Shown here piece after piece: positions 13,490-25,139 of a DNA stretch of 64,000 nt. The position numbers were made by a program, and so were the translations under genes. The notes under the pieces are model-generated. The model saw nothing but the letters and a program-made list of their open reading frames with translations, was not told the DNA's origin and made no database searches. The stretch comes from Octopus vulgaris (taxonomy: Eukaryota), in assembly GCA_951406725.2 (NCBI GenBank), contig OX597824.1, positions 57,350,001-57,414,000 on the forward strand. Direction: 5' to 3'. Each line of letters opens with the position of its first letter. The stretch's first letter is position 1.

Positions 13490-15633
13490 ATTCCATTATA
13501 TTGGCCATAAAGGCCTTACACAGAGAAAGGAAGCTACGGGCTGGACACAGACATAATGTTATGTGAATGAAAAATGAAAATGATGATTAATGGTGGAAAA
13601 AGCGACACCTGCCGATCGTTCTTTCCGAGAACATTGTTCTCTTATATTATTCATGAGGCAACAAACCTCTTGCATTGTTCCCAATATTCAATAACAAAAT
13701 GAGACACGGAGCCTCTTACCTTTTTTGTCCGAACTAGGAACTTTCAAAAACACTAAGGCTTTTCAACCTCTTATCCATATTCCTCCCCAACATCGCTTGT
13801 GACCTCATCCTCTGCCATCACCCACGCCTCATTCCAGCACAAAGCGGGTGCCGTGTCGGCGTCGACCGGCCACATGTGATATTCCTCATTGAGTCCCTCC
13901 AGCCTACGCAACACGGGCAACGTTATGACCTCCACAGCTATCTGCAGAGACCATTCGGGATCCCGTGTGCAGGCTAAAAGTACTCCCTTATGGTGCCTTT
14001 CTAGCACCTTCTCCACCTCTCCGCCTCTGTATGAGAAGATCAATAATAGTCACTTCTACCGTCGGTAGCACAATTTCAACCGACGGTGTTTCTTCCTCTG
14101 CCTGTGGCACAATCCCCACCGACGAGGTTCCGACTCATTCTGGTACTATTTCACCGACTGCCGGCAATGTCCCGTTTCTCTTCCTCTTCCTCTTTTTTTT
14201 CTTCTCATCTGAGTGAGGGTGCGTCTCTTCCGTGACCGGGAGATTCGTCTCCACTCCCTCATCTCTAGGATACTTCGGTGAGCATCCATTGTTGCTCACC
14301 TTCTTTCTCATGTGGTCCTTCTTTGAGGAGTCCTCTACATCCTCGGCTGCCTTCGTTCCCTCTTCTACAGCGGTCTCAACCAACTGCTCCAGGGCGTTAC
14401 TTTGTTCCTGGGGAAGTTTTTCTTTATATGGCCAGGCCCCGGGCATCGATGATACCTGGTGGCGAGCCTCAAGAATCACCGGGTACCTGCACATGGCCAT
14501 TTTCAAAAGATTTGGAAATACCAGATTTTTGGCTGATTGGGTCCAGAGGGTCAAACCACTTTTAACCCCACCCAATCAGCTGCAGGTAAAATTTTTACAT
14601 TGGGGAGCTTGGCTCCGCTGCCACCCAGACCCTGGCAGATAGTGTCCTCTATCCACTCGGGTTCTATTCCGCGTGGCAAACCACAGACTCAAGCCCTCAT
14701 CGACGTCCTTCCACAATACGTGTGAAGAAACAAAATCTCTCTGCCCTCCAATGGCTAGCTAGCAAATTTGCGAGCCTCCTCAGGGGTGTCAAATAGCAAC
14801 AACACCATTGCATATTTGACACCCCTGGAGATGAATTTAATAGTTGGCAGATACTCTGCCAACTCCCTTTCGATAGCAGTTTTTTTCAAATAGGGCGATG
14901 GTGTCGAGCGACTTGGAGTAGGTCCTCAACACCACCGTCCTCTCTTCGAAGTCTTTCAACCACTGTTTGGTTGGTACAATTTCCCACTCCAAAACATTGT
15001 GCTTGTTCTTTGCCATGTTTTTTTTAAAATAAAAAGTCCCAAAACAGTTCATGATTAAAATTGTAAAAAAAAGAAGAAAGAAAAGGAAAGAAATCAAAAG
15101 AAAGTCACAACAAAACGGAAGGAAGAAAAAAGAAAACAGTTCAATAAAAAGAAACTCGCAAAAAATATAGAAGAAAAGAAAGCAACAGTTCAAAAAAACA
15201 CAGCAAGAAATCTTCTAGCCACGCGGTAATCCATGCCAATTTGGTACTCCGATTTGAACCTGGAACGCCACCGCTTGAACACACCTTTCACAAAAATTGG
15301 TAAAAGAAAGTGTATCTTCGATAAATTCTCACAAATTTTGAAAAAAAACAAACTATTCACTAAAAGTGAACAATTTTTTGGCAGCGAGATACGCCCCCAA
15401 ACAAAACTTCTATTCACTCAACTGCAGGCAGACCAGAGTCCAGAATCCAGTGAGGACTTCTTGTTTGTAAAAATATAATTACGGCAAACAACAAACCCCC
15501 ACTGGACCCAAAAAAAACAAAAGTCTTACCTTACAGTTGAACTTTTTTTAATCACTATTTCACCGGCTTCAAACCTGCGTCGTAACTTTAATCAGTGATA
15601 CGAACAACACTGACGACGAAACGTATGCACAGT
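13490..15633 (-). mobile_element. ORF1-only Tx1-like retroelement, copy 1, inserted in a SINE head
   Basis: Homologous to 60571-62754 over 5' leader and ORF; ~280 bp 3'UTR; no RT; flanked by the two halves of a SINE. Confidence 0.8.
13771..15016 (-). pseudogene. Frameshifted ORF1-like protein (putative RRM-like N-terminus, CCHC knuckle, charged linker, conserved C-terminal domain)
   Basis: MAKNKHNVLEWEIVPTKQWLKDFEERTVVLRTYSKS...FISRGVKYA...GLPRGIEPEWIE...YRGGEVEKVLERHHKGV..DPEWSLQIAVEVIT; several stops and frameshifts. Confidence 0.8.
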
Positions 15634-15668
15634 GGGAAGAAATCCTCTTACCACACAGCTACATCTAT
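15634..15668 (-). mobile_element. SINE family A 5' head (A-box) separated from its body
   Basis: Reverse complement tagctgtgtggtaagaggatttcttccc versus family head tggctgtgtggtaagtagcttg. Confidence 0.7.
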
Positions 15669-16048
15669 AACTTTTATTCATTTTTTAATAACTTTTATCG
15701 TTTATTACCGATTATTTATCGTTCTTCTCCTTTAACTTTTATTCATTTTTCTAATTTGTTAATATTGCAGTTGTTTATTTTGATCCTTTTATTTTATCTA
15801 TTTATTATTTTGTTTTTATCTTAATTTATTTTTTTATCTGTTTTATTTACTTCATTTTTATTTCATTTTTAGTTCATTTTTATTTATTTTATTGTTTTAT
15901 TATTTATTTTTATTATACTTTTATATATTTTTATTATACTTTTATATATTTTTATGTTTTATTTTATTCATTTATTTTTGTCACTGATTTGTTCATACAA
16001 TTCTTCCCTTTATAGTTATATTTTACCACTTCCTACTTATTATTTGTA

Positions 16049-17125
16049 CTAGCCGAGGTACCCGGTAATACCTGAGAGTGGGGATATTCCCAGTACCCAT
16101 TATAATGCCTAACTTCTCTCCGACAGAAAATGAAATCAAGACATAGGACAGATAATAGAAGATAGAAGCAAATTCATTTACGAAACAATAATACAAATAC
16201 ATACGTGTGGAATCGGAAAATGGCAATCGTTTGGTAGATGGGTGGAAAGCTGAAAATATATAATCAATGGAAACATTAAGAGGGGAATTGTAAAGGAGTG
16301 CAATAAAATAATAAAAGTTTGAAAAGTAAACAAAACTTATTTAGAGAAAAGAGATTTCATACTTACAATAACGGCTGGAGTGCTGAGGCAACAACGTGGC
16401 GGTCATAAGATTCATAAGATGCTATGAGGAGGAAAAAAATGGATACAAAAATGAGGATTTTCGTCCTTTTTGGGCAAATTCACTTGTAACACTTAATTTA
16501 CTGACTGTGTGTCATAGGTATGACACTGATCGTGAGAATCAAATATCGATTGCAACGGATAGAACCGACAATTGTAAGTGCAGGTGTTAAGAAAATACAT
16601 GTTACATGTTTTAGCACACAACGTTACAACGTTTAGAATCGATAATTTTAAGTGCTGCTCTGAAGAAAATACATGCCAGAGCAACTTGAGAATGCTGAAA
16701 TAATTGATGAACATTTAACCCCACAACAATTTAGGCCAAATTTCATTAATCAGTTGATCAAAACTTATATTACGCTTTGCCTGAGTAATATATGTAGAAA
16801 TTTATTTGTCTGAACCCATCCTTAGTGCATATTCGATCTGTGTATAAAATTCAAAGAAAATTGGTTGAAAACTTTAAAAGTTATGGCAGAAAATAACTTT
16901 CATATCAGAATTTGCATTGAAATGTCATATTGATTTTTGAAAAACCGATGCTAATTAAAAATTATAGATATTTAAAAATTCCAAGTCCGTAAGTGACTAC
17001 ATGGGCATAAGCACCCCACACGTGTCAAGTTTCATCAAGATCGGTCAGATGGTCTCAGTGGAGTTAAAGTAACAATTTCACAAACACACACAGAGTCACA
17101 AACGGACAGAAATTGCCATTTATGT
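16049..17125 (-). mobile_element. Non-autonomous Helitron
   Basis: 3' end ...attaccgggtacctcggCTAG on minus strand, shared with 21507-22357; 5' region with gtctgt-type repeats and gatcttgatgaaacttgacacg. Confidence 0.65.
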
Positions 17126-17144
17126 ATTTACTTTTATTCTTTTA

Positions 17145-17290
17145 CTTGTTCCAGTCATTTGACTGCGGCCATACCAGAGCACCTCCTTTAATTGAGCAAA
17201 TCGACCCCAGGACTTATTATTTGTAAGCCTAGTACTTATTCTATCGGTCTCTTATGCCGAACTGCTAAGTTACAGGGACGTAAACAAAGA
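17145..17290 (-). mobile_element. SINE family A 3' tail segment
   Basis: Reverse complement of 41470-41630. Confidence 0.85.
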
Positions 17291-17406
17291 CACATACACA
17301 TACATACATACACACATACACACATACACACATACATATATACATATATATATGTATATATATATATATATATATGCATATATACATATATGTACATACC
17401 TACATA

Positions 17407-17454
<48 letters not shown>

Positions 17455-17678
17455 GATATGTACATACCTACATATATATGTATAATTGAGTAGTTGAATG
17501 AATTATCTTATTATGGATAATTCGGTTAACCGATACCTGGGTAGCAAATTCACGTCAGAAAAACACGGTTGAAGCTACATGCCTAGAGCAGAGATCACGT
17601 GCTTTCGTGTGGAAATTTGTGGGGTTTTTTAAATACAAATAAATGAAAGAATGGAGTTGAACGACGAATTAACAAAAT

Positions 17679-17776
17679 TGCTTTATTTTCGACATATGTT
17701 TCGAAGGCTGCATATTCCTAATTTCGAAGGAATAAGGGGTGCATTATGCCGCCTTCTCATCAGGAAAAACAAGGAA
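17679..17776 (-). ncRNA. Minimal type I hammerhead ribozyme, minus-strand mirror copy
   Basis: Reverse complement of 17900-17997 with intact core. Confidence 0.85.
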
Positions 17777-17899
17777 CTTATGTCAGCATCAAGATGCACA
17801 AAAGCTTTTAGATGACTGCCCACGCGGAGCCCATAGCGATAATGGGCTCCGTGTGGGCAGTCATCTAAACGTTTTTGTGCATCTTGATGCTGACATAAG

Positions 17900-17997
17900 T
17901 TCCTTGTTTTTCCTGATGAGAAGGCGGCATAATGCACCCCTTATTCCTTCGAAATTAGGAATATGCAGCCTTCGAAACATATGTCGAAAATAAAGGA
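17900..17997 (+). ncRNA. Minimal type I hammerhead ribozyme, core intact
   Basis: ttttc-CTGATGA(17913-19)-gaaggcggcata...tatgcagccttc-GAAAC(17974-78)-ATAT-GTC-gaaaa; predicted cleavage after C17985; stem I extends through ttcctt/aaggaa. Confidence 0.88.
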
Positions 17998-18065
17998 ATT
18001 TTGTTAATTCGTCGTTCAACTCCATTCTTTCATTTATTTGTATTTAAAAAACATACATATATATG

Positions 18066-18113
<48 letters not shown>

Positions 18114-18115
<2 letters not shown>

Positions 18116-18680
18116 CATGCATATATAGGTAAAGAACGTAAAAAAACTAGAACAAAATGAAAAACGTAAAAAACAAAAACAGAAAACGAATTTTTTTCGA
18201 ACAACGAAAGAAGCAAATAGAGAAACGAGATAGGCAACATAAAGAACAATCCCTTCATCAGTTGTCGCCTGTTTTATCAACCTTGCGTTTCGAACGTTGA
18301 GACAAGCCACGACTTCGTTAAAACAGTCGTTCCCGCAAAGCAAATTAAGTGGTTCTGGATTCAGTCCTACTTGGGGAAGTGTCCCCTACTATAGACTCGG
18401 GTCGACGAAAAGAGAGGGACAGAAAGAGAATTTTATTTAATGTGCTTTGCGGGAACTACTGTTTTAACGAAATCGTGTCTTGTCCCAACGTTCGGAACGC
18501 GGAGTAGATAAAACAGGGAACAACAGATGAAGGGATTAATCTTTATGTTGCCTGTCTAGTTTCTCCATTTGTTTCTTTCGTTGTTCGAAGAAAAGTTCGT
18601 TTTCAACATTTTTGTTTTTTATGTTCCCATTTTTCATTTTCTTCACGTTTTTTTAAGTCCTGTACCCATATATGCATGTG
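18114..18680. repeat. Diverged inverted repeat (arms 18114-18349 and 18437-18680) with a SINE A fragment in the spacer
   Basis: Arms are recognisable reverse complements and carry GAAAC..GTH..CTGATGA motifs. Confidence 0.85.
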
Positions 18681-18763
18681 TATATACATATATATGTAGG
18701 TATTGCATATATGTATATATGCATATATATATTATTTATATTATCATATCCATTTCCAAGTAA

Positions 18764-18824
<61 letters not shown>

Positions 18825-18840
18825 CATATATATATACATA

Positions 18841-19138
18841 TCACCGTGACCGACCAGTCTATCACATGCTGTTACACATCGCTGGTCACAATGCACTTCG
18901 CATTGTTTTAGCATTCAAATGACGCCACCCTGCTGGCTAAGCGAGCAGGCCAACAGAAGAAAGGGCGAGAGAAAGTTGTGGCGAAAGTACAGCAGGGATC
19001 GCCACCACCCCCTGCCGGAGCCTCGTGGTGCTTTGGGTGTTTTCGCTCAATAAACACTCACAACGCCCGGTCTGGGAATCGAAACCGCGATCCTACACCG
19101 CGAGTCTGCTGCCCTAACCACTGGGCCATTGCGCCTCC
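18841..19138 (-). mobile_element. tRNA-derived SINE family B
   Basis: Head ggaggcgcaaTGGCCCAGTGGttagggc...GGTTTCGATTCC with Pol III A and B boxes, followed by a non-tRNA body. Confidence 0.85.
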
Positions 19139-19156
19139 ACTTAAAGAATGTGTTAC

Positions 19157-19258
19157 GCTTACTGCACTTAGGTTTCCCAAGCGGTCACCCATCTAAGTAC
19201 TGACTAGGCTCGGTGATCGGACGAGAACCGGTGCTTTCAACGTGATATGGCCGTAAGC
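19157..19258 (-). pseudogene. 5S rRNA: 5S rRNA pseudogene with ~16 nt internal deletion
   Basis: gcttacggccatatcacgttgaaagcaccggttctcgtccgatcaccga[gap]gcctagtcagtacttagatgggtgaccgcttgggaaacctaagtgcagtaagc; box A region missing and no oligo-T terminator. Confidence 0.92.
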
Positions 19259-19267
19259 ATATATATA

Positions 19268-19433
19268 CACGACTGGCTTCTTTCAGTTTCCGTCAACCAA
19301 ATCCACTCACAAGGCTTCCGGTCGGCCCGAGGCTATAGTAGAAGGCACTTGTCCAAGGTGCCACGTAATGGGACTGCACCCGGAATCATGCCGTTGGTAA
19401 GCAAGCTACTTACAACACACCCAGTTGTGCTCC
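19268..19433 (-). mobile_element. SINE family A
   Basis: Reverse complement matches 41161-41325. Confidence 0.9.
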
Positions 19434-20341
19434 TATATAAATTAGTTGTACTATTTATTATTTGTATTAGTCTTTTACCCCCTATTCCTATACCACACAG
19501 CACCATCCACCCACCATCCATCACACACCACTCACCCTCTCCCTCTCACGCACGCACGCACACACACAACTTCTACACACAATATACATATACACACAAC
19601 GCAAACACATACACATACACTCATACACGCTCGTACATACACTTTCACATACACACGCACACATATGAACGCACATATACCTCCACATACACAACATACA
19701 CATACACGCACATACATTCACTTCCACACTCATACAAATACACGCACCTACACACACGCACCCTCTTCAGATTGCTTTCAAACACCTTTATACTGCCCCA
19801 AGTACTACTGACCACCCCATCTATGCACATGTGCAAAAACACACAACCACCCATGGATACACCTGATACGATAGCTGCTGACCTCTCACTACGACATTAA
19901 CAGACACACACAGATCTCTCACATAAATACATGTATACCGTTAATACCTCACTATTCACACACGCTACCGCGCACACACACGCTACTCTACACACACACT
20001 GTATCACACACACGCACCACACGCGCGCGCACACACACACACACACGCACACACACATGCACACACACGCACACAAACACGTACACACGCACAGTTACTG
20101 CCACACACACGTACAACCACACATACACGCACACAGATACCAACCATTCTTCACACCCTCCTGTCTCTGCAAGCACTTTTTCTTTCTCCATCTACTTTCG
20201 CTCATTTCAAAATGTAACTACACATGGACTGTCGGCGATTTTTTCTCCTTCTTCCTCTTCTCTTGGGTGTGTGTGTGTGTGTGTGTCTGTGTGTTCGTAT
20301 GTGCATGTGTGGGGTGTGTGCATGTGCGTGTGAGTATTTCC

Positions 20342-20378
20342 TGTTTCCGAAGCAGAGCCTTGCTCGAAACGTCAAACA
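20342..20378 (+). ncRNA. Degenerate minimal hammerhead motif
   Basis: tgttt-CCGAAGCA-gagc-ctt-gctc-GAAAC-GTC-aaaca; stems I and II perfect, core deviates from CUGANGA. Confidence 0.6.
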
Positions 20379-20762
20379 ACCACTCTTTCTTTCTCTGACC
20401 GTCTTATTAATACTTTGCGTGCACCACGTACTCGCGTTGTTGGTTTCTCTTGATTTTTTCTTTTTTTTGTAATTAATTATACATGTGTGTGTATGTATGC
20501 ATATATGTGTGTTTGAGTACGTGCACATACGCATACACACACACATATATAATAATAACTATATAATAATATATCATCATATATATACTCCGATTTAAAG
20601 CGAGATTTTTTATATAACTAATTGACTGAAAAACGATGAGCTAACCCAGGCCATAATCGACCCCTCCTCATATATATATACAGATACATAATATTAAACA
20701 ACTACATATACATTATACACATAGTGTAAGACAAACTAACCTCCTACTATGGTTACATCTTG

Positions 20763-21120
20763 TTTGACACCTTTAGAAATAATGTCCTGATCCATGTACA
20801 CACGTTCCATATGCCGCGTGACGGTTTAAGATTTATTGTAGTTATATGTGTTCTCTGGTGTGTTTATGTTTGTTTCTCTACGTTCGTGTATATATCTATG
20901 TAATTCCTTTCTCAACGTTTGAGTGTATGTGTGTGTGCGTGTGCACGCGCTACGTGCGTGCGGGTGTGTGTGTGTGTTTGCATGTGTGTGCGCATGGGTA
21001 AGTGTGTGTTTAGGTGCGAAAGCGATAAACGCAGGTAGGTGTACTTCTGAATGTATGTAATAAGTCAGTGTAAGTCAAATGAAGGGATATTGAATAAGAA
21101 AATGGAAAATGAGATCGCGT
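20763..21120. repeat. Unclassified dispersed repeat, copy 2
   Basis: Shared blocks with 10981-11230. Confidence 0.8.
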
Positions 21121-21266
21121 GATATAATGTATGATTCTGACAATGATATATATGCATGTACAGATGCATGTATACGTGTATACATGTACGAATGTGTGTA
21201 TAAATATTTTCGGGCATATAATTTCTTTTTATGCCTATGTGTGTGTTTGTGTGTGTGCGCGTGTGT

Positions 21267-21500
21267 GGAGGCGCGTAGCTTAGTTGTTATGGCGTTAGAC
21301 CCATGATCGTAAGATTGAGACTTCGATTCCTGGACCAGGCGATGCGTTGTATTCTTGAGCAAATCACTTCATTTCACGTTGCGGGCAAAAATGAGTAATT
21401 TTGTTACGGACCGGCGTCTCATCCAGGTGGGAAATATATACGCCATGGAAACTGGGAAACCAGCCCTTATGAGCCTGGCATGGCTCAAGAAGGAAATATT
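21267..21500 (+). mobile_element. V-SINE-type tRNA-derived SINE
   Basis: tRNA-like head followed by acggaccggcgtctcatccagg...atggaaactgggaaac, resembling the V domain. Confidence 0.7.
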
Positions 21501-21506
21501 TATATA

Positions 21507-22357
21507 TCTACTGTATATGTAGGAAATTTCGTCTGTGGGTGTGTTTGTGGAGTTGTCAGGTAACTCCTCCTACATCGTTTTATCGATTTTGATGAAACTT
21601 GACACGTGAGTAGAATTCATATCTGGAAACCTCATGGCATACGCAGATTGTTGAAAACAATTGATAATAGGGCCCCTGGAAGGGATCCTTATATATATAT
21701 AGCCAAGGAAAATACCCCATTCATTTTCCTAAATTATTTGGTAAAAATGAAATTGAGTATGCGTATCTCTTAGTATTTGGACTGTTAGAGTTATTTTCGC
21801 AATTTGTTCAGTACAACCCTGAACAAATAAATAATATTTTTCTAAACAATAGATCCACTTATTTCGGTTAATGACTTATTCACGAATATACCAACACTAG
21901 CGCCCCTGATGGTAATATTCTCTGGGAATGCACAAAAGCACTTTTCTGAGTTACTTACTTTGAATTATTATTATCTCATATCTAATTAACCTGTTATTAC
22001 GTAACATGCTTCACGATTTTAACATACATACCTTATTATTATTTCCTCCAATGTTCTATATACTATGGGAACGCATTAAACCCCTTTTCGGGGCTAATAT
22101 ATTTGAATTCTTACTATCGGGTAACTAATTTCATGTTATTGCATAACTGACTTCACAATTTGGGTATTCATAACTTATTGGGAATTCCTTAAAACAAGAT
22201 TTTGCGTAAGTCAGTTCGGTATTCTCTGTAAATGCACAAAAATCGTTTTAAGGGGTACATACTTTGTATTGTTATTATTGGATTAGCGAAACATTTAAGA
22301 GAACGGAACCAATGGATAAGCCCTGCTTTCCCGAGAATTACCGGGTACATCAGCTAG
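21507..22357 (+). mobile_element. Non-autonomous Helitron
   Basis: A|TC start, subterminal hairpin cccg...cggg, CTAG|T end, no TSD; related to 16049-17125. Confidence 0.75.
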
Positions 22358-22369
22358 TATATATATATC

Positions 22370-22545
22370 GGCGCAGAAGTGGTTATGTAATAAGATGCTT
22401 ACTTCCCCACATACTTCACCACATGGTTCTGGGTTCAGTCCCACTGCGTGGCACCTTAGGTAACTGTCTTCTACAATAGCCTCGGGTCGTCCAAATCCTT
22501 ATGAGTGGGTTTGGTAGACGGAAATTGAAAGAAGCCCATCATATA
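22370..22545 (+). mobile_element. SINE family A
   Basis: ggcgcagaagtgg...gggttcagtcccactgcgtggcacc...gaaagaagccc. Confidence 0.9.
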
Positions 22546-22670
22546 TATATAATTAAGATTCAGCTGGATTAGGTACTTAAATTGACGCACCAAGCCAGTT
22601 TGGTATAATCCGTACAGCTCGTTAGGTGAATAAATCGCAAACAAATAACAAGAATGTCCTGGTAACAATG

Positions 22671-22753
22671 CATTACGGCCGTTTCAAGCGGCTCCATTTA
22701 ATCGATGAATGAGAACATTACATCAATTTGAAAGAAACCGCTCTCCTCGGATG
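22671..22753 (-). ncRNA. Degenerate minimal hammerhead ribozyme
   Basis: cat-CCGAGGA-gagcggtttc...ggagccgctt-GAAAC-GGCC-GTA-atg on minus strand; one core substitution. Confidence 0.65.
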
Positions 22754-23559
22754 ACTTAACATTAGAGGGATAAAAAAAGTAATTTTAATCGTGTTTGTTA
22801 AACATTTTATTGTATCCATCGGTTCTAGGGAAGTGTATATTCACTAGGTGCAAGAATCTTCTACCTATACTTGTCTTAACATTAAGAGAGATAGGAGAGG
22901 TTAAACCATAAAAGTTTCTGAGACCTATTCTTACGACTCGATGATAGAGAAGGTGGGGGGCGGGTTGTAGAAAAGTTTATCAGTAAAGTCGCTATCCAGT
23001 AGGGCCTTCTAATATGGGCAGCCTTTTCGTTGGATCGCATGTCCTTCTTCTTCTAAAGTACGTTGTAGTGGGAGCTAATACGTCGATGACGTTTAAGATA
23101 AGCTGCTGGTCACATGTGTAATGTTTTCTGAAGTAAAGTGACGTAATCGATAATTACAGTTGTCTTTTGGTAAATTGAGGACTTCACTGTCTCATTTGTT
23201 CATTAGATATTTCGCAGCTATATCTTGGACTTGGATTACAAAAATATAACCTTTTAAGATGTGTAACTATACCATGTTCTTGATTCCAAGAGGGGCTACA
23301 CTTCATGTCAACATCATGAACATATGCATACGTATGTATATGTATGTACGTATACGTATGTGCATGTATGTAAATGTATGTACAAGTCTACATATATGGA
23401 TGTACTTATAAGTATTTATGCATATGTACATATGGATGCATGTATATGTATGTGTGTGTGTCGCGCGCGCGCGTTTATATTCATATAAATGTATGTGCAT
23501 GTATGTATTTAGGCATATGTATATATATGTGCACACGCATTCACATACATATATATATA

Positions 23560-25134
23560 CTAGCATTATGACCCTTCGTTGCCGGGTCATAGTGCTAGTG
23601 CATGTATATATGTGTATATACATGTGTACATATTACATGTACATCTATATATATACATCTACACATAAAATACAAAATACAAAGTTATATCTTGATATCG
23701 CTAGTGATAACAATACTCAAAATATATAACAAACTGGAATTGTAGGCCCGTCTCTTGCAATTTCGATCAATTGTATCTTGTCCTCCCTCTTGTATAGAAG
23801 TGTGGCTACAATCCAGCCTACCTCTACTTCTGGGGGGACATTTTAAATTTTTATCCGGGATGTCCTACGTCCCAGATATAAAGGTAAAAATAATATATTT
23901 CCACTTTGCAAGGTCCGAGTCGAGTACTCCCTTCTAGGTTGACTCGAACCTTGCTTCTATTGTGGCGAATTTACCGCCTCTGGTTAGATATCTTTCATAG
24001 TCGCACCCAGACACTTTTCGATGGTGCTTTCCTCCAGGTGTTCAAATCTTTTTTTCCTCTACATTGCATACTTCATAGACAATAGTCTTTTCTTTAATTT
24101 AATTTTTTATTTCGTTTGGTGATGTTATCCTAGATTCACCGTCTTTGTCGGTGATCAATCCGAAATAGGTTTGTATTTCTTCCATTTTAATTTTAATGAA
24201 ATCGCGCCCGCCGACGGCTGCAGCGAAATTCATTTTTGGACTTTCTTCTATCGAAGGCATTCTAACAAAAATGCTTCCGTATAAACGGGGGAAATATTGT
24301 CAATTTCCCCAAACAGGGCTACAATTCAATTTTTAAACAATAACCAAAACTCCTTCTCCCAAAAGGGGAGGGTTATGGTTTACAGTTATTTAACAAATGC
24401 AACACAACAACGTTTCCCTTACGAGGAACCAACAAACGTGATAACAATAGTTAAACAGTAGTAATAATAACAAACCTTACGGTGAATCAAAAAGCAGTAC
24501 GCAGTTGAAGCTATAGTCCTTTATGTATAAGAAATAAACCAACAGCAGTACTCAGTAGAAGCGGCTGTTCGATAAAACAGACATTACATACAGCCAAACT
24601 TCATATAGATAATGCTAGCTAATTAGCAGATAATCTAATGTAAAAGCCGTGGTAAACGGTATGTGCACAGCTCCATCTGGACTATTCCATTTCTGCACAC
24701 TAATTTTATTTTTGATTTATTCCCCTTCATGTGAAACCAAGTCACTCATGCAATTTTATAGCAATTGCTATTTTTACTTTTGTTATGTTACGATTATATT
24801 ATACTTTAGTTTGATTTTAATTATTACTTACTACATATAATTCAATTGTTATTATTATCTCTAATTTTTATTGTTAAAGTGAAAGTATCTGACATAAAAT
24901 AGAGAGATGTTTTTGTTTCACTTTTAACACGTAATACTGAAATAGTGGAGAAGATATGATATTGCTATGGGCTCGTCCTAGGCAAGAAGTTGAACATTGT
25001 TTTTGCCTATGAAACTACATGGACCCTAAGTAAGGCATGTGTAAAATTTGAATGAAATTGGTTGTGTAGTTCTTAAGTTTTAGGGAAACACACAGACAGA
25101 CAGACACACATTCTCAGTTTTATATATATAGAGA
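23560..25134 (-). mobile_element. Helitron-like element interrupted by a Tx1-like ORF1 fragment
   Basis: Minus-strand start tctctatatatataaaactgagaatgtgtgtctgtc; hairpin ctagcattatgaccc..gggtcatagtgctag with CTAG at the other end; pairing of the two ends is inferred. Confidence 0.5.
23735..24185 (-). pseudogene. Distant homolog of the Tx1-like ORF1 (N-terminal half)
   Basis: KEKTIVYEV...YLTRGGKFATIEARF...LYLGRRTSRIKI*NVPPEVEVGWIVATL aligns with EDRTVVLRT...FMSRGVKYATVRLLF...TYYGRRLTKARLCGLPPGIKPEWIEETI. Confidence 0.7.
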
Positions 25135-25139
25135 TATCT

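Larger units (their letters stand above)
17624..18052. repeat. Near-perfect palindrome, 211 bp arms with 7 nt loop
   Basis: Positions pair symmetrically about 17838 (sum 35676), about 4 mismatches, no indels, loop agcgata at 17835-17841. Confidence 0.97.

Noticed and set aside
15607-15628. CTGACGA-c-GAAAC-GTA
   Set aside because: No stem II and antisense to the element 5' end; likely chance
17683-17993. Twin 84 aa ORFs on opposite strands
   Set aside because: A consequence of the palindrome, with GTG starts and no domain; the RNA structure explains the region better
19157-19258. Functional 5S rRNA gene
   Set aside because: Internal deletion removes box A and part of the structure; no terminator or array context
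22860-23270. Possible Penelope coding relic upstream of the hammerhead at 22671
   Set aside because: Only AAHY*KALLDS-like remnant; plausible but unsupported
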